DNA of 64,000 nucleotides from Marsupella aquatica (taxonomy: Eukaryota; Plantae; Marchantiophyta): contig OZ316891.1 of assembly GCA_973895155.1 (NCBI GenBank), positions 9,983,875 to 10,047,874 on the forward strand. The letters are read 5' to 3'. Below are positions 38,584 through 50,019 of this stretch, piece after piece. The translations under genes and the position numbers were made by a program. The notes beneath the pieces were generated by a model. That model was not told where the DNA came from, searched no databases, and saw nothing but the letters and a program-made list of their open reading frames with translations. Each line of letters begins with the position of its first letter. Position 1 is the stretch's first letter.

Positions 38584-39198
38584 AGGACCACTTGTCACAC
38601 CGCATGCACAGACCAGATACCATTGACCTATAGCTTAACACTGTGACTTCAACACAGAGGATATTTACTTAAAATTTTGATGTATGAACAATTTTGGGTC
38701 CAGGGTTTAGGGTCAACAGTACATAACTTATATCCTATTATGCCTGCACTAAGCAAAATATCCTAATTTAAGAGGCTAGCAAACTCGCATAAAAGTCTCT
38801 ATTGAAAGACTGCTTTCATGACTGCTTTAACCTGGTGAACATTGCAACGTTGAATGAATTAATGGGCCATGTGATAATATGCAAAATGATTTATGCCTCA
38901 CTTATTTGTCTCAACCACTATCATAACCTATTTAGGATGTATAAATTTCAACCCTTATGACACTGCTTCATACCAATCCTCTTCGAAGAATGCCTGTTTT
39001 ACATGTCATGACTATTGTATGTGATTCAAATGCATGAAATGTTGTTGCAGATCTCCTTTGGTGAATCATAGCCACAATTAAAATTGAGGTGTTGGTGGAG
39101 AAATTGTATTAGGGGATCAGTTTTGTGTGTGGGCTCAACATACCAAAAGTATGTGTGCTCTGCATCCTTGTGTGGCCATTCCAATTCATTGCAGTAGC

Positions 39199-39342
39199 AA
39201 ATGCCTTTGTACCTTAAATGCTAAATATATTTTACTTTATGTGCAGTCTGCTAAATTGTAGAGTCTATCTAAATGCCTTTGTACCTTAAATGCTAAATAT
39301 ATTTTACTTTCTGTGCAGTCTGCTAAATTGTAGAGTCTATCT
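39199..39342. repeat. 72-bp tandem duplication containing a splice-acceptor-like motif, directly before the PHD ORF
   Basis: 39199-39270 and 39271-39342 differ at one base; each contains TTTTACTTT.TGTGCAG. Confidence 0.9.
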
Positions 39343-39353
39343 CATGCGCAGGC

Positions 39354-40034
39354 ATGGCACGGCCTAAAATTCAAGCCAAAAAGCGTGTGACAGAGGTGAG
39401 AAACACAGGTGTACTTGGGGCAGATGCTACTAACTTCTCTGCAAGTCAGATTTTCCAGAAGGCAGCTCATTGTTGTGCCATTTGTGACGATGGTGGGGGC
39501 CTGGTCATTTGTGAGGGCCCTTGCATGAGGCATTTCCACCTCAACCCGGAGTCTGACCTTGCTGCAGAAAACAACTGTCCAGGGGTGGGCCTCCCGTCAA
39601 CACACCAAGGAGACTGGATGTGCACTGATTGTTTGGAGAAGCAGGCTAAGTGTGCACAGTGTGGGAAGTTGGGGTCCTATGAGGGCTCTGTTGATGCTGC
39701 AGCAAATGTTAGGAAATGTCCAGACCGTTTTTGTGTGAGATTTTTCTGTTTTGAGTGTTTGCCTGCTCATGCCACAGCTTGCCCACTTCATAGGTGCAAG
39801 GCATGTGGTGAGCATGATGATGACTACTGGACTGACATAGTCCACTGTGCTAGGTGTCCCACTATGTGGCACTATCATTGCCTGAAAGATCATCAAGCAG
39901 AGGGTTATGCTTGTGACAGAGAAATCTATGATCACTCTGCACATGGTGTTGATCGATGGATATTTTATTGTCATCGCCATGCCATTGATCCTACCTCGCG
40001 CACTCCTGTGAGAGATCACATATCTTGGCTGTGA
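39354..40034 (+). CDS. Stand-alone EDM2/NSD-type composite PHD-finger protein, 226 aa (CACTA cargo ORF-B)
   Basis: CAICDDGGGLVICEGPCMRHFH..C..WMCTDC..KCAQCGKLGS..C..C.RFFC..C..CPLHRCKAC..CARCPTMWHYHCL..IFYCHRHAID...TPVRDHI follows the EDM2 PHD pattern as recalled, including the terminal YC..H.ID...TPVRDH motif. Confidence 0.88.
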   Translation: MARPKIQAKKRVTEVRNTGVLGADATNFSASQIFQKAAHCCAICDDGGGLVICEGPCMRHFHLNPESDLAAENNCPGVGLPSTHQGDWMCTDCLEKQAKCAQCGKLGSYEGSVDAAANVRKCPDRFCVRFFCFECLPAHATACPLHRCKACGEHDDDYWTDIVHCARCPTMWHYHCLKDHQAEGYACDREIYDHSAHGVDRWIFYCHRHAIDPTSRTPVRDHISWL

Positions 40035-40626
40035 AGCTGAACATTGTACATGCACAGTGCACCTGATGTGGATGTACTATTTTTTGAGATTGCAGAGATT
40101 CCAATTTTGAAAAGGAGTTGGGTAGGCGAGTTTATATAGGCAGCACTTATCTTGTGCTCTGGCGTCAGTGGCTGGGTACATGCCTATACAAACTTATCCT
40201 TACAAGCCTTCTTGGAAGTATTTAGGCTAAGTGGTCATTTTCATAAACACTTTCATTAGACTGCTAAATTAAAACAGGACTTCTAAGTTGTAAGCGTATA
40301 AATTATCAGGCATGCAATTAATCAAATTGCCCTATAAGTTTGTCATTGAATGTATCCTCCTTTACAACAAAATATGTATGTGCCATGACAAGTTGGTTGC
40401 ACTTCATTTCACCACGGATATGGATTTTGTAGTATATATTCAAACAATGTCCTGCATCCGTGCAGGTGCCTAGTACGTATTGTTCACATATCCCTTGTAC
40501 CTATCAAAATCGGACCTGAGCACCAGTGGGCCAGATCAACTCAAAAAGCAGGAATTTTGTTGTCCTTGTATTGTCAGGTGAACCCATTCTTCCAAAATTC
40601 ACTGTCATCACGTAGAGTGTGTGTAC

Positions 40627-41499
40627 ATGGAGCCTGGTAAACGTAGAAAGTGTGACCACCCAGCAGTGTTTACAGGGGTCAGAGCGATTTTGGTCCATGG
40701 CCAGCATGGGTTGACCAAAGTGCATTGGCCAACTGTACAGAAACGATTCTCTGAGCTCCATGGCACTGTAGTTCAGGACATCACTCCAGAGACTACACAT
40801 GTTGTTGCAGGGACATGGCTATCAGTGATAAAGAAGTGGTCATGGTCCTACATGAATTCTGCAATTACTAAGCAAGGCCTAAAAGTAGTTGAGGCCTCTT
40901 GGATCACAGATTCCATAGCACATAAGATTGTACAGGATACTGAGCAATATGAGTTGTGGGAGGATGAAGAAGCTACTGCATCAGCTTGGGCTGAACAAGA
41001 AGTCTGGGAAGCAAAGGCACGGCTTGCTGATCTCCAATATGGACCTGTACTCAACAAAGGACAGAGCTCTACAAGGCTGAAGTGTATGTTGGCTGAGGAG
41101 ACGAAGCAACCAACCCCCATTCTGAAAGGGCTGAGCATGGTATTTGTGGAGGCGGGAATTGGAGAGGTTAAGTGCAAAGTGTACAAGTCCACAGTGCTTG
41201 ACCTAGGTGGGACAGTGGAGGAGAATATAACAGAGGACACCACTCATGTCATTACTAAGTCATATCCCAAAGCCTGCCGCAAGTTTGGGAAGGGAGACAT
41301 TCGCTTTTATGTCATGTCCCATAATGTGTTTGTGGTTTCATATGCTTGGCTTGTGGAATCAGTAGCAGCTGGGAAGCGTCAAAACCCAATGGACTATGAT
41401 CTTTTTGAGGCCTGGCCACGGAAGGGTCAGGATCCTTACAGAGAGGACTATGAGACAACAAGTGAGGAATGGGTCATTAGCGATTCTGAATCAGAGTGA
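40627..41499 (+). CDS. Tandem BRCT-domain protein, 290 aa (CACTA cargo ORF-C), Pol lambda/Pol X-like BRCTs
   Basis: Two repeats: FTGVRA..HGTVVQDITPETTHVVA..VVEASWITDSI..YEL and LKGLSMVFVEAGIG..LGGTVEENITEDTTHVI..VVSYAWLVESVAAGKRQNPMDYDL. NLS-like KRRK at the N-terminus and an acidic tail. Confidence 0.88.
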   Translation: MEPGKRRKCDHPAVFTGVRAILVHGQHGLTKVHWPTVQKRFSELHGTVVQDITPETTHVVAGTWLSVIKKWSWSYMNSAITKQGLKVVEASWITDSIAHKIVQDTEQYELWEDEEATASAWAEQEVWEAKARLADLQYGPVLNKGQSSTRLKCMLAEETKQPTPILKGLSMVFVEAGIGEVKCKVYKSTVLDLGGTVEENITEDTTHVITKSYPKACRKFGKGDIRFYVMSHNVFVVSYAWLVESVAAGKRQNPMDYDLFEAWPRKGQDPYREDYETTSEEWVISDSESE

Positions 41500-41904
41500 G
41501 GAGTAGTAGCATCAGTTTGGACACAAGTTTTTTTGTATAAATCAGATCATTGAAATAAATGTGATCTTTGAACTAATGTACCTTGTTATGGTTGGTGGCA
41601 GTTGGGCTTATTTTACTGTTGGCGGATTGTTGTTTCCTGCTGCCTGGGGGTGTCACTGTAAACGTACATGCAGAGGCGGTACATTTGAGGACAGCGGAGG
41701 AGGTGGTGACACCCTCCAACATTTAGGAATTTTGTGTCATTCACTTGACAATAGGTACACTACTTGCGAACCTGTTTTTTTCTTTTGGGGTGGTTTAGGG
41801 TTTGTGAGAATTTAGTACACGTTATGTTAACTCTTTTGGCAGATACAGTCAGGGATATATGGAACACAAATACCACCATTAGGCATCCTTGTTCACTGCT
41901 GTCC

Positions 41905-44900
41905 ATGACTGCAGAGCTCCCAGTCTGTTACAATGCACCCTGGTCACCACCCTCCCAGACCCAGCCCAGGGCACAGGCACTGCCTTTGCATCATCCCACA
42001 AGGATATCACGCCATGATAATAAGCTTTGGCAGCGTGAAAGGTTACGAACCAGACTTTCAGGAGCCAGTAGGATGAGATGTCCTTGTGCAATCTGCCAAG
42101 GATCCTGTACCAGGGGTCTGAATGAGGTTTGGCGGCATATCGCGGTTCATGGAAGAGATCCACGACATCGAGTTTGGAATGATCCTGCAGAGGAAGATTC
42201 TTCCGACGAGGAGTGGAGGTTAGAATTTGATGCTGCCAATGCTGCAAGACGGGCAAGTGAGGTTCTGCCTGGTGCATTTGAAAATGTTGTAGCTGGTCTC
42301 TGTGGGTTGTCAGCTCTCCAACGGGATGGTGCTCAGGCAGCACCACGTGACGAAAGAATTCATGTGGAAGAGATGGTGAGAGACATCTTCCAAGACTTGG
42401 ATGCATTTCATGATGGGCTGGACAATGAAGAGGATACGGCTGCAGATGCAAGTGTGCCCCCTGTCGAAGAGCCTCTTGATGAGTTTGAGATAGGGCAGGA
42501 AACCCCTGGGCATGATGGGATGTTTGGCTCTCCCCTGCAAATACAGGAAGGCAGGAAGTCTTTGTACCCCGGTAGCAAATGTTCTAAACTGGGATTTGTC
42601 ATCATGTTCCTGAACATTTGCGGCAACCACAATGTCCCCAACGTTTTGGTTTCTGAGTTGTTGGCATTCTTGCGAACAACTGTGCTACCAGATGGTAATA
42701 TTTTGCCCAAGAACATGTATGAGGCAAAAAGATGCATATCTAATCTTGGATTGAACTATGATTCGATCCATGCCTGTCCTGATGGGCATGTTCTTTTCAG
42801 AAAGGAGTATAAAGAATCGTTGACATGCCCTAAGTGTGGGAAGCACAGGTATCAGAACTCAGGAAAGTCTATGGTTCCCGCCAAGGTACTTCGTCATTTT
42901 CCACTCATTCCCAGACTTCAGCGGATGTTCAAAAGCCGTGCCATCTCGGAGATGATGACTTGGGCAACTAACAAGAAAAGTGATGATGGGCTACAACGAC
43001 ATGCTGCAGATTCAAGGCAATGGAAACTCATAGATGAGATGTATCCCGAATTTGCTGCTGAGCCGAGGAATGTCAGACTTGGGCTGTCATTGGATGGGGT
43101 AAACCCATTTGGAGACAAGAACAACAAATTTTCGTGCTGGCCTGTAACTATTTTGAATTATAACCTTCCTCCTTGGATGACTACAAAGCAATTTTTTGTT
43201 CTGATGGTCCTACTGATACCAGGGCCAGACAGTGCTGTATCTGCCAACATAGATGTGTTTCTGGCTCCCCTAGTGGAGGAATTGAGAAAGCTTTGGGAGG
43301 AAGGAGTTCTCACATATGATGTCCTACAGAGGCTTGGGAGGTTAAACCCATTCATCCTTAGAGCCATTGTCATTCTGACTATAGCTGACTACCCAGCCCA
43401 TGGGATGATATCAGGCCAAAAAAAAAAAGGATATTGTGCTTGTACTATCTGTGGGCGCAATGTCACCAGTGAGTACTCCAGAGCCCTGCAGAAAGTGATA
43501 TACATGGGCCATCGTCGTTTTCTGAAGGCAGATCACCCTTACAGAGAAAGATAGGCACTGATTGCACACTTTGGCAATGAGATTGAGCAACGTGGACCCC
43601 CGGCACGAGTGACCAAAGAGGAGATCAGGCAGTGGGGAGCACTGAGGGATGACTATATCAAACGAGGGGGCAGGGAAGATGGAGTGAGTGATCCAATAAA
43701 GCGATATGGTGTAAAAAGACTGAGCATATTGGACTTGGAGCTCAAGTACTGGAGGGTAAGCCTCTTGGAGTTGATGCTAATTGGGATACATGTTTTGGTT
43801 CAGAGCATGTGCATTCATTTCGAAGAGAGAGACTAAACTTGAGGCATTTCTTGACGCTTTTGCATTGCAACGATGCAGGAGTTTGAGCCAAGCAAACATA
43901 ACATTGATGTTATGCACATTGAAAAGAATATTTGTGAGTCTACTCAGATTCTTGTGTGGAGAGAAAGACACTGGTTCAGTGAGATTGGATCTTGAACAGA
44001 GGGGAATGAAACCCCATCTTTGGTTGAGGCCACATGCCCACAGAGCTGAGGTGCTCTTGAAGTACCAAGCGCCCTATGTTCTGACAAACACAGAGTGGGA
44101 ACTATTTGTGCAGAGGTTGAGTTCTTTGAAGGTTCCTTCAAACTATGGCAGTGCTTTCAAGAAGCATATCATGACTAGAAAGCTTGGTAGTATGAAAAGC
44201 CATGACTACCATATGTTGATGCAATAGGTGTTGCCTTTATGCCTGAGGGGCCTGTTGCAGAAGCCTGTTCGTACTATGATCATGCGACTCAGTGATGTGT
44301 TTCGTCGTATTTGTGTGAAGGTTTGGGATGAAACACACTTCCCACAACTGACAGAAGATGTCGCTCAGGTGCTGTGTGACCTGGAGATTTATTTTCCTCC
44401 CGCATTTTTTGATGTCATGACCCACCTACTTGTCCATGTTGTGGAAGAGCTACACCAATTTGGGCCTGTGAATGCTCGTTGGTTGTACCCTTTGGAACGG
44501 TACATGAAGCTACTCAAAGGTCACGTGAGAACATATTACAAACCTGAAGCAAACATGGCTAAAGGTTACATCAAGGATGAGACTCTGGGATTTCTGACCG
44601 AATACATAGCACAATATGAGCATGTGAAGACCAAGGTGTGGAATTCTGATGAGGAGGAAGGGGTGATAGGTGAAGTACTGGAAGGGGCTGCAACCACAAA
44701 GAACCTGACCATATCTATGAGAGACTTGGCACATGACTTTGTATTGCACAACACTGTGGTGATGGAACCCTGGATACAGTGAGTGCATACATGTGCTATA
44801 ATCCAGTTCATGAGCTTAAATGTTGTGTTCGTGTGGTTTTCTCCTTCAGCCTGTTCATGTTTACCCAAGCTAATGCTGTGTGGTTGTTCGTTCAGGGAGT

Positions 44901-45661
44901 ATGAGTCATTGAAGGCGGCCCATCCCACTGCAGGAACAACTTTTCCAGGTTTCATGGAGTGGATCAGAGTGGCAATTAGAGAGCATCACGAGACCCACCC
45001 AGACATGGATGCAGATGTTTACCTACTGTCTAATGCCCCTAGCCTGAAAGTGAAGACTTACAAACGGATGAGAGCATATGGGAATCACTTCCGAGTGAAG
45101 GATGGTGACAGTGCCTACAGGGTGACGAATGACTGCGGGCTCATCACTGTATTTGAGCAACAGAGCCACAATCATGACAGGGCCTGGATGGAGATGGGAT
45201 ATGTGGGAGAATTAGTTGACATATGGGCTCTGGACTATGGGGCGGTGTCCAGTCCTGTGATTCTTATGAAAGGTTCATGGGTGCGGCAGGATTGGCTTGG
45301 TAACAGGGCTACCATGAAGAGAGACAACGACGGTTTCTTGCTGGCCAATTTCAGAGGGAAATTGCCCGAATGGTCTGAGCCATTTGTGTTTCCTAGTCAG
45401 GTGGAGCAAGCTTTCTTCCTGGATGTGGAAGACTCCCCAGGTTGGCATGTAGTGTGTCATAAACAGGCCAGGCAACGTCGGATGGAAGGATCAAACCTTG
45501 AGTTTTATTTACACTCTCATAGTGCCTTTGATCGTCGGCGTTCAGACCAAGTGCCTGTAGTTCATGATAGCGGGGACTTCATTCCTGTGACAAGGGTAGA
45601 TGCATTTGCTGAAGGAGGCGAATTCAGAGATGCAGATGCCAACAGTGTGCCTGTGCCATGA
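41905..45661 (+). pseudogene. CACTA transposase TnpD (Transpos_assoc + Transposase_21 + DUF4218 + DUF4216), disrupted
   Basis: RCPCAIC..RHIAVHG, IHACPDGHVLF, LRHFPLIPRLQRMF, RNVRLGLSLDGVNPF, YNLPPW, TIADYPA, DVMHIEKN, KSHDYH, RWLYPLERYM and EPFVFPSQVEQAFF. Premature TAG at 43552-43554 and 44225-44227, frameshift near 43940, introns at ~43756-43878 and ~44779-44895. Confidence 0.93.
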
Positions 45662-45817
45662 GTAATGTGAATTGTTTGCATGGACATTAGTGAGGGGAAG
45701 GATGTGTAATAAAGTAATTCTGAAGCAACACAGATGTATGGATGGATGCCTGGTGATTGTGGTTGCATTGTGTTATACGGGGTGACCATAGATGACATGT
45801 TTTTGTGGTCCAGTAGG

Positions 45818-48800
45818 ATGGAACAGAGTGACACAGAGATGTGTGAGTATGAAAGGAAAGCTATGGAACAACGAGCATACGTGAAAGCCAAAATCGCAGA
45901 ACTGGATCTGGAAAAGGATGTGGCTGAATTGTAAGGGAAGGATTCTCAACTACACCCCTCCGCTGAGTTTGTGTGACATGAATAGTTCAATGTGGCACTG
46001 AAATTGTGACTGTATTCTCATATTGGAATGTCGCAGAGCCACAGCATTTTCAAAGAAACAAAAGGAGTACGCAAGAAGGGTGACCAGCACTATCTCTGGG
46101 CCTGTGCGTCGGAGTGACAGGTTGAGCAAGAAGGTCGTACCTACAATGGTAGAATGTGGAGATGACATTGATGCTGCACAGGTGGGTGCAGACACTAGAC
46201 AAGAAGATGTAGATGATGAGTATTTTCCAGAGGAAATGGATGAGGATGGGGGTTATGAAGATAAATACATTGCAGAGCAGCCCCAAAAGAAACATGTAAG
46301 TAGTTTTCCCAACAAGGTTTTGAGTTAAAAACTCTTGTTTAGAGGTTTCATATGTTCAGTACTACACATATGTACCTTGCTTAGTTCCTGACATTGTAGT
46401 TGGTGATGTGATGCAGCGTCTTGCCAGTTCTGTTTTGCCTTCAAAGCCTGTGCATGCACCATACCAGCAGGGGGGCTGACCTCTGATCAAGGTTGGCGAG
46501 GTGGTAGTAGTGGTAGATCCCAGGCTGGTGCCCAATACTATGGCAGGGGGCAAGCTCTAGGTTATGCCCGTGGTAGAGGCAGAGCAGGTCCAAACCCACA
46601 ATCTCGTGGGTATGGACGTCCACCTCAACCATGGGGATGTGAGTATATATCTATATGCCAGTTCTTTGTGAAGGCATGGCACTCCTGAATTTCAGACTGC
46701 ATATCAATTTTTGACATTGTTTGGGATGTATTGGATTCAGACAACATGAAATTCTGTCCACCTGCCATTGCATGCAGATTCTGCCCAACCTGATTGGGCA
46801 AATGCTAGTAATGATCAGTTCCAATGTCCACAAGGACAGACATGGGTTGAACCAGGTTGGGAGGATGGTGGTGGGTCGTGGAATGAACAAGGTTGGGAAG
46901 GTGGTGAAGGTAATTGGCAGGGATATCAAAATTCAGTACCTACAAACGCTGGAAGAGGAGCAGGTAATGTCTGATCTTGTCAGCAATGGAAGAACTCATT
47001 ATATGTGGAGTCCATTCACGTGGGGGGGACTCTGCACATGTATAATGATAGAAAATGTATGTGTGCAGGTTGGACAGTCGAACCATCAACTCAAGTATTC
47101 ACTAATGCCCCTATGCAGATGCAGCACGGAAGGGGGACAGGTATGTCGGTGAATGTTCAATTGTTTTCCTACAGTTTGTACTTAGTTTTCAGTACATATG
47201 TTTGCACACACATACCTAGAAAGTGACATCATCCGGCCCCTGTACTAGGCTGGACAGGTGGTCCAGGGTCGCAACAATTTCAGAGTGCAGTCCCTGCATA
47301 GGCATCTACAGGCAGAGCTACAGGTATGTATGTTTGAAGAATTTTTCTTGAAGTGAAGCATTGAATGTTACCGTCATCCATTCTGCTATATGTAGTTCTC
47401 AAGCATGAATGGCATTGTATTTTCCCAGGTGGCTTCAGAACCCCAGGTAGGGTGAATGAAGGGGTGGCCAATACAACGCCCAGTACTACCGAGAGCAGTG
47501 CACGAGGGGAGGTGACAAAGAAAGGGAACGTAAAGTTGAATGAGAGACAATGGGTGGATGCTGAGTGTCCTCGCAAGAACCGATGGCATGCTGATTTGAA
47601 AGCTGAAGTATTGCGTTGGTTAGATGTGAGTGTTATTAATTTTAAAAAACAGCATCCAAAAGATTGGAAGACTGTATGTGAAAATGTTGCTGCCAAATGG
47701 AATTATGTGGGCAGTGATGATGGCGTGGACATAGGTTGCCTAGAGAGTACAGCAGGTAAAATTATCAAGCAAGAGAGGTGGAGAATGCATAAGGCTTGGA
47801 AGGAAGGTGGGGAGAAGCCAGATATGCCTCCACCAGCCAGTTGTGATGATAAAGTGTGGGCAAGGTTAGTAGCTTATTTTGTAACAGATGCTTCAAAAAA
47901 GAAGAGTTCACAGATGACCGAGGCTAGGTTGAGTGTTCAGAACCCTAATCTGACAGGAAGGACCGGCACTGCACCGACAGCTAAACGTTTGGTAAGAATG
48001 AATGGCCTAGCTATGTAATTTATGCTACACTATGTACTATTTTTTAGTGTAAACCCATACATGTAAACTTTCTTTTTTAGTGTACGTTCCCTGAATATTG
48101 ATCGATAACTTGTGTTTGCCATGCATGTGCAGAAAGCCCAATTGGGGCAAAGCCCTTCAAAAGAAGAGTTGAGGGCTGAAATTGTGAACACCCAGGCTCA
48201 AGAGGGTGCATCTGAATCCTCCAAGCATGTAAGTTATATGAGTTCTGATTGGTAATTGAATGACCTGCGTTGAATTTCAGGTGTACACTGTATATAACAT
48301 TGATTGTGCATATATTGCCCAACATTTCATATGGAGTGATTGAACCTATACCCCTGTGTCATGTAGGGAGGTGGATCTTCACTTACAGAGATAAGTGGTC
48401 GTTTGAAGGCTGTCGAAACATGTCTTCCAGAGATCAATGAACGTTTGAATTCATTGACTGACTTGTTCCATGTGAACTTCAAGACATTAATGGAAGCTGT
48501 TGTGTCGGTGAGAGATAAAATTGATTCCAATTCTGCAGGAGTTCCACCATCACCACTTGAGGTGGCAAAGTCGATGCACTCTTCTGGCATGCCAACGACA
48601 TGTAGGCTTGAAGGTAAGGCCTTTACAACTGTGTGGGATATGATTATTAAATGTATAGTTTGAATTGACATTGTTTGTTGAATGTGTTATTTTCAGTAAC
48701 ATATATTGTGGTTGTTGTGTCCATAGAGAATAAGACAGGTGCTACAGAGAAGAAGTATGAGAACTTGGCAAATACTCGCTGTAATTTAGAGGCAACAAAG

Positions 48801-49523
48801 TTGCAGTCTGTACAAGCAACTTGTTTGACAGAGGGCAGTCAACCATGTTTGGATGAGGATGACATTGGCAAGGGAGTGGATGATATCAATGTTGGGGCAA
48901 ATGAGGATATCAGCAAGCATGACAATGATACCATTGAGCCAGATTCATGCTATGTAGATCTTGACTCCATTGCAGAGATAAATGATTTGCAGAATGTATC
49001 ATTCTCAATGACAGGTGTGCCTCTTGTTGAGATAAATCCAACCAAAGAGTTAGTTGGTATGACACTCCCAGGTGATGAACCTGCTACTGTGACAGTCCTA
49101 ACAGAGGAACCTACTGAGCCTAGCTTCACTACTGTGAAGAGAGGAAGCATGCGCACACGAAGCAAGTCTGCTGGTGGGAGCAGAGCCACGTCAAAGGTTT
49201 CATACAAACCTCCAAGAACAGTGCTGGCAGAAAGATCTAAGGTGGAAGTGGGGAAAGCACCTAATGCTGAGGGACAAAGTGGCTTGTTAGCTGTTGATGA
49301 GAGTGGAACACGAGTAGGATTTGCCAGAGTGCAGGTTGGTTCCACAACGTTCCATGGCAAGAGGATTCCCCCAGGTTATTCAGTAGTGTTAGTCACATTA
49401 CTAGTGAAACCTAAAGCTGTCCTTCCCATTCCAAACACAAATGATGATCCTCCTCAAAAGACACTTGGAGATGCTGCAGGTTCTTTGGTATTATGGCCAA
49501 GCAAGTTCATAGAGGATCCATAA
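45818..49523 (+). CDS. Multi-exon TnpA-like (Ptta/En/Spm-type) second CACTA gene; exon structure only partly resolved
   Basis: Exon-like blocks with GT-AG ends. ERWRMHKAW..PPPASCDDKVWARLVAYF..KKKSSQMTEARLSV..TGRTG at 47430-47990. C-terminal FHGKRIPPGYSVVLV..LPIP..TLGDAAGSLVLWP, typical of the Tnp1/TnpA C-terminus. Confidence 0.75.
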
Positions 49524-50019
49524 CAATGTCATGCCATTATTTGTTTGTAGTGTGAGTCATGTTATGTAGATTTTAGATGTCAAGAAGCAGTACAAGAATC
49601 ATGTCCTCTTGGAGATTCATAGTATCATGCATGTGCTTTCAGTTATCTCATCCTACAGTCATCAATTATGAGTTCCTGTTTTGTCTAAATTACATTGATC
49701 ACATTGTAAACTATTCCATTGGAATTCAAATGATCTTCATTTTTTAGCAAGATTGTGATTGTGTTTAATTCTTATGAATGTTTTATGTAGGATCTGCTTA
49801 TATGATGCTTTGTTTCATGTGGATGTCATTCATGCTATGTTCATTTCTTGTATTCAATGTGTTATATTTCTAAAGTTAGAACATCAGGTTTCTATGTATT
49901 GTAATGTCGAGTGCTCTCTCTCCTTATGAACTGTCCCTCTGTGTTCATTAGTCATGGTTATAACTTGCATGTGAACCTTATTAGTTATAAACATGAGTAT
50001 ATAGAGTCCCAAATGGTTC

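Noticed and set aside
18424-41499. Functional clustering of Switch2 (DNA repair) with the TE BRCT/PHD genes
   Set aside because: Switch2 lies outside the CACTA TIRs and is separated by independent insertions; the adjacency is most simply coincidental.
41764-41904. N-terminal extension of the transposase ORF
   Set aside because: It starts at TTG and spans an acceptor-like site (~41842), so it is probably intron/UTR.
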